Numbered from the whole stretch's first letter, positions 25,990 to 39,399 are shown. The stretch is DNA of 63,761 bases, filler included, from Chiloscyllium plagiosum (GCF_004010195.1; 4 parts of one record of this genome joined end to end with filler, not necessarily neighbours in it), one strand, 5' to 3'. The notes: a model not told the origin generated them from the letters alone. Numbers and translations: made by a program.

Positions 25990-26089
25990 NNNNNNNNNNN
26001 NNNNNNNNNNNNNNNNNNNNNNNNNNNNNNNNNTTAATTAATTAANNNNNNNNNNNNNNNNNNNNNNNNNNNNNNNNNNNNNNNNNNNN
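25990..26089. other. 100-nt scaffold gap with TTAATTAATTAA linker
   Basis: 44 N + linker (26034-26045) + 44 N. Confidence 0.98.
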
Positions 26090-26100
26090 CAGCAGACAAC

Positions 26101-26135
26101 CACCTGATGAAGGAGCGGCGCTCCGAAAGCTAGTG
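26101..26135 (+). ncRNA. Intact minimal hammerhead ribozyme
   Basis: cac-CTGATGA-a-ggagc(ggc)gctcc-GAAAG-CTA-gtg; palindromic AGCT helix III. Predicted cut after 26132. Confidence 0.8.
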
Positions 26136-28809
26136 CTTCCAATTAAACCCGTTGGACTATAACCTGGTGTTGTGTGATTTTTAACATTTGGATGGGTGAG
26201 GGTGGTGTGGTTAAATGATTGGGGTAAGATGAACAGCGGGGTTGGGGTTTGCTGGGTGGAGGTGTTTAAACAGAGTTGTTAGTTGAGCATGTGGGATGTG
26301 GTGGTGCAGGCTCTGGGTGTATGTATTTGGGCCAGAATGAGTGTAGAGAGCCCGAGGCTGTGGGTGTTCATATTCTGAAGGTGAGGCATTCTGGATTCAA
26401 AACTTTAACTCTGTTTCTCTGTCCGTTGATGCTGCCTCGAGTTTCTGCAGCACCTTCAGCTTTTTATTATAGTACTGTGGAATACCTTAAAGCTGTGGTG
26501 TGTGTAAACTACTTGCACCGCTTGTTCCAAAAGTCGTCACCAACTTTGCTAAATCCAGCAGCTGGAATGCTTGCTTTTATCTAAAAAAAAATCTTTGTGG
26601 TGCATTTTGCAAATCCAGCAAATTCGTTTAATGGGTGCCAATGGCCCAGTGTGTCCCACTCTTCAGAAGATGGTGGTTCAAACACAGTATATTTTTATGA
26701 AAGCAAGGCACACGCTTAAAAAAAATCAATCAATGCAAACCCTAAAGATTATTCTAAACAAATCAAGTGAGACTCAGCTTTAGGTTAAAGTTTAACCTGT
26801 TTGGTCCATCTTGGTTTGAAAAATAAATGCCATTCAACTTGCTAAATTGGATGTAAATGAGTTCAAAGTCTGGTACTTAGAACAATTTCATTAGTGTTGA
26901 CTGCTCTATGTAGCAATGTATTTGCTTATTATTGTGAAAATAAATCAAACACATTGATTGCAAAATGCATTGAACTGTTACTGAAATACCCATTTCTTTA
27001 TTTTTCCAAAAGGAAACTGGAAATAAAGGTGATTTCACAAGCATTGATGGAAAAATATATTTTTATAAACCAAAGTCTAAAAAAGGTAATTTTAGTGAAG
27101 TTGTAATTAGCAATTCCATACCCCAGAATTGTTCACGGAATTAAACAGAAAAAAGACAACTGGGAATGCTGGAAATCACAAACAGATACAGAAATTACTG
27201 GGAAAACTTAGCAGGTCTGGCAGCATCTATGGAGAGAAAGCTGAGTTAATGTTTCGGGTCCAGTGATCCTACTGAAGAAAAAAGGTTCAGCAATTTCTGT
27301 TGTGTTCAAGACATTCTTCTACAGAAAAAAAAACTTCAAAAATATGCCATCTATTATTTCATATAAATTGCATATGAGAAAAATTTGACCCAATGCCTTG
27401 GCTCACATTTGTTCCTTAGACTTTTAAAATATATTACTTTTTTAAAAAATATGATTTGATCATGTTTGTGAAAGCTTGCTGGTTGCAAGTTGGCTGCCGC
27501 AATTCCTAACTTACACTTTAAAAGCTTTTAATTGACTTTGAAGCACTTTAGGATGTGATGAAATGCTCTGTATAAATGCATTTTATTCTGCAGCAGCATC
27601 CACAAATAGTATAAAAATTATTCATTTAAAAATAATTGTAGCATTTTAAGAATTTTACAGTGAACTCTGTACAGAATGTTCTGAAATAGAATTTTTTTTT
27701 TCACAAATAAGCTTTTCCAGATGCTTTTAAGATGTAAAGCCCTTACAATCTCAAGGTACAAAGGTCTTCAGGAATGAAACGAAAAGGGAGTTTGTTTTCA
27801 TTTGTAGATTATGTGATACTTAGTGTGTAATAATCAATTGAATTATACCATTACATACTAGTTTTGTTATGTTCTGTAAATTATGCAGCATGGGAAGCAT
27901 TGTTTTGGCAGTTGCTACTTACAATCCACAGATCAAATTTAAAATATCTAGGGGTCACTAAAAACTGCACAAAATCTATAATACAACATAAAAAACCTTC
28001 CTTCAACATTTCTAAAAAAGTTACTTGGTTTTGATTTTTTTAAATCCAGCCCATTATTCACAACACAATAATGTGGACTTTTATTCTGTAATTACACTTC
28101 CCTGTCAGTGATAACACTGGCTTTGTTTTGTGTCCTTAGCTCTGCTATCACCATTGCTGCAACCAATCCTACATCTCTGCTTTTCAAAATGCCAGAAATT
28201 CTGCTACTTAAGTATAATAATATAAAATTACAATATCACACAAAATCAAGGTTAGAACATATGAATTTGAAATAGTCTGACGTGCACACTTTGGTTAAAT
28301 TAGCCCTCGACCAGCAGACTTCACATTTTACTATTTGACTAGGACAAGACATAACATTCATCATGTGCACTCAAATTACATTTTACACATCCTTCTTCCC
28401 CATTTCAACTAAGAAGATTCTAACTTTATTCACACTGTCCCACTGAGAAGCATATTTATTTTACGCATTCCTGCATTAAGAAGCGCACTCATTTGTACAT
28501 ATTCACCCCTCTGAGAAGCAGGGGGACTTGATGGCTCCCATGGCCCCAAGCAGACTCTTGACATTCAGCTTTGACCATACAAAGTGAAGCATTTTTCCCC
28601 ACCTGTCTTCAACTGATTATCAAGCTTGGCCTAGAACCTCTCCCCCAACACAACACATTTTTGCCCTTACCTTCCCAGGTTTACCTTAATCTGAAACGTC
28701 CTCTCACTTAAGTACTGATTCAGCTACGTGTCGGCCATCCCCTTCACCACTCTCACCCAAGTAACATTTTGAGTTTGGCTCTTCCCACCCATTGACATTT
28801 TAAAATATA

Positions 28810-29160
28810 TTGAAAGGTTGCAGGTGTTGCTAGCAAATTCAGCATTCATTACCCATTGTTAATTTTCCATCAAACAATTGAGTGACTTGCTCCATTCAAA
28901 AGACAGTAACGGGTCTGAAGTAATTATAAAGGTTGGAACAACTAAAAATCGCCCCTTCCCTGAAGGATATCAGTGAATCAGGTGGGAGTTTGTGACATCC
29001 TGGCAGTTTCATGGTTGCCACAAGAAATAGTTTGTTTTTTTTCAATTCAGGTTTGTTCATTTATTGATGTTGAATTCCTCAACTGCTGTAATGGGATTTT
29101 AATTCACATTCTCTGGGTCATTAGACTGGGTCTTTGCAGTATTAGCCCAGTAACAGAAAC
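28810..29160 (-). mobile_element. Old tRNA-derived SINE
   Basis: Inverse similarity to 47295-47632 (ttccctgaagg..agtgaatcag; ttgaattc). Confidence 0.5.
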
Positions 29161-29214
29161 TTTCCACTAACCACTTCCCACTTTTTTCCCCTTTCTTGCC
29201 CACTTCTTAATCTC

Positions 29215-29750
29215 AAATGTAAATTGTCATCGGTATAAGGTGCCACTCCACATATTTGGTCACATAATCCAAACTGGCATACTCGTGCAGCATTGAGGGA
29301 GTTCTGCACTGTTGGAGAACCTGTCCTTTAGAAGATAAGTTGAATTGAGGTCACCTTGGTCCTTTCTGTGTGATGTAGAAGATCCCACGGAGCTATTTCA
29401 TGAAAGAGTGAATGTTCTTCCCAATATCTAACCATCCATGCCTCAAGGAGGAGAAAGTGAGGACTGCAGATGCTGGAGACCAGAGTTGAAAAATGTGGTG
29501 CGAGAAAAACACAGCAGGCCAGGCAGCATCCGAGGAGCAGGAGAATCGACGTTTCGGGCATAAGCCATTCCTCAACACCACCAGCAAATAATATTATTTT
29601 ATTGTTTGTCTTTTTTTGTGATCCTCGTGTGCACAAATTTGGTTGTTGCATTTACAATATTAAAACAGTGACTACACTTCTAACATAGTTTACTGTGTGT
29701 AAAGCAACTTTGGACACCTTGAGATAGTGAAAGATCTTAAATACATGCAA
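29215..29750 (+). mobile_element. DeuSINE (SacSINE1/AmnSINE1-like), interrupted by a PLE arm at 29447-29566
   Basis: gagggagttctgcactgttggag..gatgtagaagatcccacgg..ctatt resembles the Deu domain; tail gtgcacaaatttgg..acagtgactacacttc. Insert flanked by at(g/t)cctcaa. Confidence 0.7.
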
Positions 29751-30149
29751 ATGTTCCGAAAGAATGGGATTTTGGCCTTTGACCATTTTGTTACTTACGT
29801 GGCAATTGACTTTCTTAGCCTGCAATCTTTATTTGCCTGAAGCACAGAGATCTGTTCCAAATTTATTGTTTACTACTTGAACAGTTTCATTTTCAGAGCA
29901 GTGATATATTTTGGTAGGAAGAATGAGGTGAGATAATACGAACTACATAAAGTCCCACTATTGAGGGAATGCATCCCTGGTTATACATCCCAAACCGTGA
30001 AATCATAGACCATGAACATGGTTTATAATAGGAGTTAACAGAATAGATTCCAGCTTTATCATACTTTACGTAGCTAAAGAACACATTTTCTGTTGTGTCT
30101 CTATGCCAACCATAGTCCAACATATTAGTACCTTCATCTGATTGGCATT

Positions 30150-30268
30150 GGTTTTATGGTGCTGTAGTTGCATCCCTGTGTCTGAACCAGAAAGCCTGGG
30201 CTCAAGTATCACTTGCCCCAGATTTGTGTAATAACACATCTGAACAGATTGATTAGAAAATATCTATA
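30150..30268 (+). mobile_element. Short SINE, older copy of the 6541-6677 family
   Basis: Shared tgtgtaa..a..tctgaacag.ttgatt.gaaaa tail and tRNA-like head. Confidence 0.55.
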
Positions 30269-30949
30269 AATTAAACATTAATTTCTTGTGTCTTTCTCCT
30301 CATAAGTGTAAGATGGAACTCTTCAACTTCCTGCCACTTTTCAGCAATATTACGTTCTTTCGTACCTCATGATTATTTTGGTTAAACATTTATAAAATGC
30401 TAGTTGGTCTGCAGCCAAGGATAGTACTTGGAAGAGGGAGCTTGATTATGCAAAACTATCAGAGAAGCTGGGATTGTTTAATTTAAAGAAAAGGTGTGAA
30501 AGAGATTTGTTAGAGATGTTCAAGATCATGAATGGATTCAATGCATAAGTAATAAGAAAATGTTTAATGTGACAGAAGTATCAATGTTCAAGGACACAGA
30601 TTTAAGGTAATGTACAGTCCTTGAACATTTTCTCACCTTGCAAAATCCTCCCTGGATTTCCATTTTGAAACTTTCCAATCCTTCTGTACCAAAATGGCTC
30701 GAAGTCCCAAATTGCCTATTTGACGGCGATAAATGTTAAATATCCCTCCTTAACATTCTTTACCAGATTGCAGCTTTCAAAACATTTGGACACAACTTGT
30801 AGCCTCCATCAAATTCTCTCTGAAATAATTCAGCTTGGTGGACTCCACATATCCGGTTTCATTCTCATCTATCTGATGATAGCCAAAGTGTAACAAGCAG
30901 TGGCTTACCTCCTCCTGGATTTTACATATGTGTGGGGTGGGAGGCAGCA

Positions 30950-31370
30950 CACTGAAACCTAATTCCCAAACATAAAATTTGCACTCAACCTGTTCCCTTA
31001 TCACCCCTGTGCTCCCAGGCTTGCATTGGTTCCTGATCGAGTGATGTTCAATTTTAAATTTCTCATTTTGATGTCTATTCCTTCTATGGCCTTATCCCTC
31101 ACAATCTCTGAAATCAACTTCAGCCTGACAATCCTGTATTGATTACTACAGGTGCTTGCCTAAGTTTCACCACTTACCAGGGGTGACAAGTTATTTAGTT
31201 GCCTACATCTGGAAATCTCTCTCACTACCTCTTTGATGAAATCTCTGGTCATCCAACCTAATATAACCTTCTTTGGTCAGTTTGATTGTTTGCTGCATAC
31301 TGCACCTGTTAAGTACTTTGGAACATTTTATTACAATTTATTTCATTTGAGGTGCTATTTGAATACAACT
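30950..31370 (+). mobile_element. L2 LINE 3' fragment
   Basis: atcacccctgtgctc..ttgcattgg..ttttaaatttctc reads ITPVL..LHW....FKFL; L2-like tail ggtgctatttgaatacaa. Confidence 0.65.
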
Positions 31371-31471
31371 TACAGTTGCTGGGGTTGGCTATGGAGACAG
31401 AGGTAACATGAAGAATCTCATTTTTCAACATCATCAAAATCTCCTGATCCCAACAGCAGCAAACACTGAGA

Positions 31472-34225
31472 TAAGACCATAAGACCCAAAATAAATAGGA
31501 TTAGGAAAAGCCATTTGGCCCTTTCAGCCTACTCTGCTATGCAATAGGATCATGGCTAATCCAACATTCGTCACATCCACCCTCCTGTAATTTCCCCATA
31601 ACCCTTGGTTTCCTGACTGACCAATAATTTATCTGTCTCAAATATAGACAAAAGATTCTGCTCCCAAAGCTCTGTGTGGCAAGCTATTCCAAAAGCCCTC
31701 AATATTCAGAGGGAAGAAATTCCCCCAAATCTCAATCATAAATTAGCAACCCTTTATTCGGAGACTAAGCTCTCTGGTTCTTGACTCCCATGAGAGGAAA
31801 CAGTTTCTCAGCATTTACATTTTGCCCTTAAGAATGTTCAATGAGATCATCTCTCATTCTTCTAAACTTCCACTTGTTTAGCCTTGGTTCATAAAACAAT
31901 CCCTCCATACCATGGGTCATCCTCATTATCCTTCTCTGGATGGCCTCAAATGAAATGATATTGTTCCTTAAATAAGGTGACCTAACTGCTCACAGTACTC
32001 CAGATATGTTCCCACAAGCAGTTGTAATAAGACTTCCCTACTTTTATACTCCAACCACCTTGAAATAAGGAACCACATTCAGTTAACCTTGTGTGATTAA
32101 CTGCTTCTATGCTTCATGTTCAAGTATCACAAGATCCTTTGCATTACAGCTTTCTGCTGTTTTTCTGTATTTAAATAATATTCTGTTCTTTTGTTCTCTC
32201 TTCCACAATGAACTACTTTGCATTTTCCAACATTATACTTCATCTGCCAATTTTTTTTTCCACTTGCTTAAGCTGTTAGTATCTCTCAGTAAATTGCTTC
32301 TATCCCTGTCATAACTTGTCTTTCCACATAGAGTCATAGAGATATACAGCACTGAAAAAGCCCCTTCAGTCCAACTTGTCCATGCAGATAAGATATTCTA
32401 TATAAATCTAGTCCCATTTGCCAGCATTTGGCCCACATCCCATTAAACCCTTCCAATTTATTTATACATCCAAATGTCTTTTAAATGTTGTAATTGTACC
32501 AGCCTCCACCACTTCCTCTGGCAGCTCATGCATACACATACCACCCTCTGCATAAAAAGGTTGCCCCTTCAATCCCTTTTATATCTTTCCCCTCTCACCC
32601 TAAACCTATGCCTCTAATTTTGAACTCCCACACCCCAGGGAAAAGACCTTGCTTATTTACCCTATTCATGCCCCTGATGATTTTATAAACCTCTAAGGTC
32701 ACCCGTCAGCCTCCAGGGAAAATACTCCTAGCCTATTCAGCCTTTTCCTATAGCTCAAGTCTCCAACCCTCGCAACATCCTTGTAGATCTTTTCCAAACC
32801 CTTTCAAGTTTCACAAAATCCTTCCGATAGGAGGGAGACCAGAATTACACACAATACTCAAAAGTGGCCTAACCAATGTCTTATTTACCCACAATATGAC
32901 CCCATAACTCCCATACTCAATGCAGTGACCAATAAAGGCAAGCATACTAAATGCCTTCTTTGCTATCCTATCAACCTGCGACTCAACTTTCAAAGAACTA
33001 CAACTTTCAAGGAACTATAAACCTGCACTCCAAGGTCTCTTTGTTCAGCAACGCTCCCTAGAACTTTATCATTATATGTTTTAGTACTGCCTGCAATTGG
33101 CTGCAGGACATTTGTTTCCTTCCTCTGAGTCATTAATATATATTGTAGACAGTTGCAGTTCCAGCACTGATCCCTATGGAAGCCCACTGGGTCATGGTTT
33201 GCAAACCTGAAAAAGCATCTTTTATCCCCACTTGTTGCTTTCCTGCCAGTCCTTATTCATGTCAATACATACTATCTCAGACAACTTTTTTTTAATTTCA
33301 AAAATATACTTTATTCATAAAATATTTTGATGATCTATACAATTAATCATGCCATACATACGTAAACATTCCATTTCTTGGCATACAGAGACAGAGTAAT
33401 CATTCATATATACAGGTTGGTACCATTACTATCCACATATTTAGCAGGGGGGTCAGCGGAGCCCCCTTACTGTGTCGGACCCCTGTGCTTAGGCAGGCAG
33501 ACGTTACACGGTGGTCTTTCCCCACCGCGCCTTGGCGGCAGCTGCCCCAAGCTTCAGCGCATCCCTCAACACATACTCGTGGACCTTGGGATGTGCCAGT
33601 TTGCAACACTCAGTCGGGGTCAACTCCTTCAGCTGGAAGATCAACAGGTTTCAGACCGCCCAGAGAGCATTCTCTCAGACAACATGGGCTCCTATTAATT
33701 AACATTTTGAGAGATGCATCATCAAACATCTTGGAAGTTGAAATGCTACTAGTTCTACTTTGGTTGAGACTTACTTGAAAATCTCTAATAAATTAGTCAG
33801 ACATGACTTTCTTTGCTATGTTGACCTGCCTTGATTAGATTCTGATTTTCTAAATGTTTTGCCATTACTTCCTTAATAATTAATTCCAAAACCTTTCCAA
33901 AAATTAATGTTAAGATCACCAGCCTATAGTTACCCACAGTTTGTCTCCCACTGTTTTTAAATAGGGATGTCACTTTGGCAGTTTTTTAATCCTCTAGTAC
34001 TTCCCCAGAATCGAAGAATTTTTGAAAAATTGCAACCAATGCATCCGCTATCTCGGTAGCTACCTCTTTTAGGAACCTAGAATGCAAGCTATCCAGATCA
34101 AGGGCTTTACCTTCCTTTAGTCTTGTTAGTTTATCCAGTATGACGCCTGTAATGATGATGACGTTACTTAATCCTTCCCTCATATTCTTCTGTATTAACT
34201 GGATGTTTCAAGTATCTCCCACTGG
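31472..34225 (-). mobile_element. CR1 with nested CR1 (32327-33080) and Tx1 (33286-33672)
   Basis: (tcttatgg)n tail at the left end; RT motifs LDLDSLHSRFLKEVATEIADALVAIFQ; nested copy has its own tail and KTLVRPLL. Confidence 0.85.
33286..33672 (-). mobile_element. 5'-truncated Tx1/L1-group LINE 3' end with 11-bp TSD
   Basis: Minus strand ALWAV*NLLIFQLKELTPTECCKLAHPKVHEYVLRDALKLG..KARWGKTTV*, then AATAAA and poly(A). tctcagacaac at 33275-33285 and 33673-33683. Confidence 0.8.
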
Positions 34226-34419
34226 AAAGAGATGGACACAGCTCACTTTCTGGTCCCCCATCTTCCAGTAGGAAAAAGCAATAAAATGTGGGATTGTTGG
34301 AACTGATCTATATTTTTCTTGTTTACTTTAATACGGAATTCCAATTCAGACCAACACCATCATCTCCATGTTTTACTGACTTAACTAGTTTTTGCTAACT
34401 CAACCCATCCTCAACACAG

Positions 34420-34650
34420 CTCAAACAAAAACAAAATACTGCAGCTGCTGGAAATCTGAAATAAAAGCAGAAAGTACTGAAGAAACTCAGCAGGTCTAGC
34501 AACATCTGTGGAGAGAGAAACAGAGTTAATGTTTTGAGTCCGATTGGTCTCTTCTTCAGAACACTCCCAATGTTGCTCTGAAGAAGAGTCACATTGACCC
34601 AAAGATGTCGTATTGACTCCTCAGATGCTGGCAGACCTGCTGAGTTTCAC
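34420..34650. mobile_element. Fold-back PLE-terminus element
   Basis: ctcttcttcaga faces tctgaagaagag; aaactcagcaggtct is inverted by agacctgctgagttt. Confidence 0.7.
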
Positions 34651-35718
34651 TACCATGACTCATCTCTCCATTAACATAGTCTACCCCAACTCCTCTCTTA
34701 AGCAAAGTGGGCAATGGTGCAAATGTTGGGAAAATGTGGAGAAATATGAAAATCAGCTTCCTAATCAGCAAGATTTATAATTCTGTCCTTAGGGCTTAAT
34801 ACCAAGTTCTGAATCACACTAATGAGCAGCAACTACTTATTTCCTTGCATTTGCATTGCATTATTAGCTAATCCCACCTTATTTCTATGCAGTTCCTGAT
34901 TCTCTTCTCCCTCCCCAGCAAACCAGATGGCATCAAATTCTGGCCTGAACTTTCAAACAGTTAGCAGGCAACTGCTTGCTTTGTCCAACTCTACCTTTAT
35001 AGCAATGTCTGTGCCTTCTCCATGGATGCCATTGTCTTGCACCCTGTGTCCAAGCACTTTGGCATCACCAAATAACAACTTCTCCATAGGATTGCAGCTG
35101 CTTTTCGACCAACTCAGATACCACTTTAGCCATTTGCGCCTTCTCTTTGGTATACAAGAACAGTGTTGACTTGCATGCGTAGGCCAGGTCTCTTTGCATG
35201 CAGAGATACGCACACACGCACATCTCATGCAGCTATGCCTGATCCATCTTATGGCTTTTAGTTTACATTATTAGCGCACATTCGCTTTTCATTTACTCGG
35301 AGACAGCCAACCTTTGTAGTAAGCATTGCTTTTAAGGCAACTTGTTAACATTTGGAGCACTGAATAGTGGACGGGATGGACATGGTGTTTATGCCAAAGT
35401 ACTATTTCAATATCACATGTACAGGAGTTTGCATAATAAACATGCTGCATGTGCTTGGGACCAGTCCGTATTGGTCTCAAGGGCACTATGGTCAGTCAGG
35501 AAGCATGCCCTTAGTCAGTCAAGGGCATTATCTGATTACAGCTGAGGGAGTGGGCCTATTTATTTTTCAGTGAGTCAAAAGGAGGGATTTAGGCTGCTAT
35601 ATGTGGATGGTAAATCAATTGGTAATGATTGGCAAAAGATGAATTGAGCTGTACTGTGTGAATGAGAAAGAATTGCAGAAGACAGGAATAGTAAACAGTT
35701 TACGAGGATGAGGTCACA

Positions 35719-36632
35719 TTGTGATAGAGATGTACAGCATGGAAACAGCCCCTTCAATCTAACTCATCCATGCCGATCAGATACCCTAAATTAATCTAGT
35801 CCCATTTTCCAGCATTTGGCTTATCTCCATCCAAACACTTCCTATTTATATACCCATCCAGAAGCCTTTTAAATGCTGTAATTGTACCAGCCTCCACCAC
35901 TTCCTCTGGGAGCTCATTCCATACCCACACCACCCTCTGAGTGAAAAGGTTGCCCCTTAGGTCCCTATTACATCTTTCCCCTCTCACCCTTAACCTATGC
36001 CCTCTAGTTTTGGACTCCCCTACCTTGGGGGAAAGAGCTTGGCTATTAACCCTTTCCATGCTCCTCACGATTTTATAAACCTCTATAAGGTCACCCCTCA
36101 GCCTCCGACACTCCAGAGAAAATAGCCCCAGTCTCTTGAGCCTCTTCCTATAGCTCAAATCCTCCAACCCTAGCAACATCCTTGTAAATCTTTTCTGAAC
36201 CATTTCAAGTTTCACAACATCCTTCCTATAGCTGGGAGATCAGATTTGAATACTGCATTCCAAACATGGCCTAATCAATGTCCTGTACAGTCGTAATATG
36301 ACATCCCAACTCCTACACTCAATGCATGATCAATAAAAGAAAGCATGCCAAATGCCTTCTTCACTATCCTATCTACCACTTTAAGGAACTATGAACCTGC
36401 ATTCTAAGGTCCCTTTGTTCAGCAACACGCCCCAGGATCTTACCATTAAGTGTATAAGTCCTGCCCTGATCCTACCAAAATGTAGCACCTGACATTTATC
36501 TAAGTTAAATTCTATCTGCCACTCCTCAGCCCATCTGATCAAGGTCTCATTGTACTCTGAGGAAAACTGCTTCATTGCCCACAAACTACCAATTTTGGTG
36601 TCACCTGCAAATATACTAACTATACCTACTAC
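35719..36632 (-). mobile_element. CR1 RT to 3' end
   Basis: FAGDTKIG, WQIEFNLDKCQVLHFG, LEMVQKRFTRML..RRLRGDLIEVYK..WNELPEEVV. Confidence 0.93.
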
Positions 36633-36769
36633 ATGCTTGAAAGCTGATGACATGATGCAAATAATGAGAGTAGTACTTCATGAGCCTTGGTGAGATTAGT
36701 GTGCAGAGGCAGAGATGAGTGAAGGCCATGTGAGTGTGAGGTAGCTGCAAGAAAATGGTATCACTAACC

Positions 36770-37002
36770 CCTGCAAAGTGCAGAACATCACTGACCTTCT
36801 CACTGCCCTGCTAAGTGTTGCTTTTCACCTGGGACACCGACGCATGTTGCAATTTCTGTACAGTATGGTGAAGTCTATTAATGTGGCTTCCTTTGGCAGT
36901 TAGCAGGAAAAAAAGGTACCATCTTGCTTTCCACCATCCCATCTACCAGTACCTCAGGTCCCTGTCTGCAAACTGAAGAGCTAACATTCCTTTCCAAGCC
37001 AT
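36770..37002 (-). pseudogene. Harbinger accessory Myb/SANT-like ORF relic
   Basis: Minus strand MAWKGMLALQFADRD(fs)EVLVDGMVESK.., then TEIATCV and a KV.D.L-like segment: Myb/SANT-like helix pattern. Confidence 0.6.
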
Positions 37003-37399
37003 TTCCTTTAAGGATGGAGGATCATAGTGCACAATGCAGCTCTTGGCTTACAGCTTCTGAAGTGCTGTAAAACCAGGGTTTAAATATGGCATCCATATCA
37101 TGAATTTCACAAATTCCCAGTATTTAGCCCATATCCCCCTAAACCCTTCCTATTCATGTACCCATCTTTTAAATGTTGTAATTCTATCAGCCTCCACAAT
37201 GTTCTCGTGCAGCTAATCCACACACAGCAACATACAGGTGAAATTGAATGGATTTTCAACAATGTAAGAAAACTAGCCACAAAAAGAAATAGCAAGGAAG
37301 AATTAGAAAATCAATCTACAACTTTGAACCACTAGCTGAGTAAGAATGGCTGTGAACTTTCCAATCCCTGGTGCTGTGAAAACGAAATTGGAGCTGCTT

Positions 37400-38690
37400 C
37401 CACTCTCAGTGACAAAACTTTGAAGGAGCTGCAGTGTAAACTAAAAGGTCTAAATAAATTAAGTGTACCAATTCTGTTATCAATGCTGGTGAAAGGGTGC
37501 TGCATTGCACTTTAGTCCTCACTGAGAAGTGGAATAGCCATACTGGAGAAATTTGAAAGCAATTTTGAATGCTTTAATCGTATGAACAATATGCGTTCAA
37601 CATAAAAGCTCAGAGAGAAGGAGACTATTGATCAGTATGTGATTGCATTGATCCATTTAACTGAACCTTGAGAGTTTTGGTAACTGAAAAATGAACTTAT
37701 CAGAATAGTTTTGTCTTAGCATAAGAGATTCTGCAGTGAGAGCATGTCTGAGAGAAGAGAAAATTACTCTTAAAACATGTATTTCCATGCACGGAAATTT
37801 TGAGACTGTCAATTATCAGCTAGAGTATACTCATGAAAAAAAATGTCTTTGCTGTATGCTAGGAGACATTCCAGGCTGAATGCGAACAACAAATTGGGTA
37901 AAATAGGAAGAAATGTTTGCCAAAGACCCAGAAGAAAGATCAAGGCCAGAAGGCAGGATTCAAATATCATAGATGACACACAGAAGAAAAATGAAGCATG
38001 TCTATGTGGGCTATAACTGCACAAAGTTAAATCAGTTTGCATACAAACGCTTGGCAGAAAGAAGCAAAAAAAGCCTAAAAACAGATGGCTGCTTCTGCAA
38101 TAACAGCCTATGATTCTGACAAATCTCTCTAAAGTCCAAAGGCGATAAATGGTTTGTATTGTTGAAATGATAACTGCAGAAGGACAGTATCAAGTGAACA
38201 TAAAGTATTAGATAAACACGTTGATTGGTGCCAGTTCTCTTGGCTGCATCGGAAAATTTGAGGCTCTATGATAAATCATTTTAATCACAGGAGGACAAAG
38301 GAAGCTGACGGCCTAATGTAATGGGAAGAACAAAGATGAGCCGTTCCAAACAGCAGACTTTAAGTAAAATCCATTCATCTCAGCCAATGTACACCAGAGT
38401 TTGAACTTTAACCTGACACATGCCAGCAGAGATTTACAGCATTTTGTAGACCACTAAGCTATTGATTGCTTTACAGGCTGTAAAAGGTGATAAAGATGTT
38501 TTCACAGGTTTTTCATGGCTTCCTGGTGAACAGCATCTCAAAGTAGACAAGACTGAGAACAACTCAGCATCTGCCAAAGAGAGCTCCAGCTGCCTCAACT
38601 GCCCCAAAAGACAAGATAGACTAAGCTTGAAAAGACAGGAATACTCAAGTTAATGGAAAATCCGACAGACCAGTCTAGCAGCATTAAAGT
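37400..38690 (+). mobile_element. Second Gypsy gag-pol relic
   Basis: ETIDQYVIALIHLTEP*EFW*LKNELIR..IRDSAVR (gag); LRLYD (protease); KDVFTGFSWLPGEQHLKVD (pre-RT). Confidence 0.7.
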
Positions 38691-38692
38691 CT

Positions 38693-39030
38693 AGACCATA
38701 AGATCATAAGACAGAGGAGCAGAAGTAAGGCCATTCGGCCCATCGAGTCCACTCTGCCATTCAATCATGGCTGATGGGCATTTCAACTCCACTTACCCGC
38801 ATTCTCTCCGTAGCCCTTAATTTCTTGTGACATCAAGAATTTATCAATCTCTGCCTTGAAGATATTTAGCGTCCCGGCCTCCACTGCACTCCGCGGCAAT
38901 GAATTCCACAGGCCCACCACTCTCTGTCTGAAGAAATATCTCCGCATTTCTGTTCTGAATTGACCCCCTCTAATTTTAAGGCTGTGTCCACAGGTCCTAG
39001 TCTCCCCGCCTAACGGAAACAATTTCCTAG
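38693..39030 (-). mobile_element. Young CR1 3' end, cut by gap
   Basis: TRTCGHSLKIRGGQFRTEMRRYFFRQRVVGLWNSLP; CpGs retained; tcttatg tail. Confidence 0.92.
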
Positions 39031-39130
39031 NNNNNNNNNNNNNNNNNNNNNNNNNNNNNNNNNNNNNNNNNNNNTTAATTAATTAANNNNNNNNNNNNNN
39101 NNNNNNNNNNNNNNNNNNNNNNNNNNNNNN
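39031..39130. other. 100-nt scaffold gap with TTAATTAATTAA linker
   Basis: Linker at 39075-39086. Confidence 0.98.
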
Positions 39131-39183
39131 AAATGTGTTGCTGGAAAAGCGCAGCAGGTCAGGCAGCATCCAGGGAACAGGAG

Positions 39184-39219
39184 AATCGACGTTTCGGGCA
39201 TAAGCCCTTCTTCAGGAAT
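39184..39219 (-). ncRNA. Minimal hammerhead ribozyme
   Basis: attc-CTGAAGA-a-gggc(ttat)gccc-GAAAC-GTC-gatt. Confidence 0.75.
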
Positions 39220-39363
39220 GAGGAAAGTTTGTCCAGCAGGTTAAGATAAAAGGTAGGGAGGAGGGACTTTGGGGAGGGGCGTCGGAAATGTGATAGGTAG
39301 AAAGAGTTGAAACTTTATTGCTGGAACAGCACAGCAGGTCAGGCAGCATCCAGGGAACAGGAG

Positions 39364-39399
39364 ATTCGACGTTTCGGGCACAGGCCCTTCTTCAGGAAT
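39364..39399 (-). ncRNA. Minimal hammerhead ribozyme with perfect helix I
   Basis: attc-CTGAAGA-a-gggc(ctgt)gccc-GAAAC-GTC-gaat. Confidence 0.85.

Larger units (their letters stand above)
25499..26185. mobile_element. PLE terminus (minus) and inverted terminus (plus) across a gap
   Basis: 25538-25625 is inverted by 26095-26185. Same family as 7224-11016. Adjacency depends on the scaffold join. Confidence 0.75.

Noticed and set aside
26034..26045. Palindromic TTAATTAATTAA repeated at 26034, 39075 and 58337
   Set aside because: Always centred in exactly 44 N + 44 N. It is an all-frame-stop scaffolding linker, not biology.
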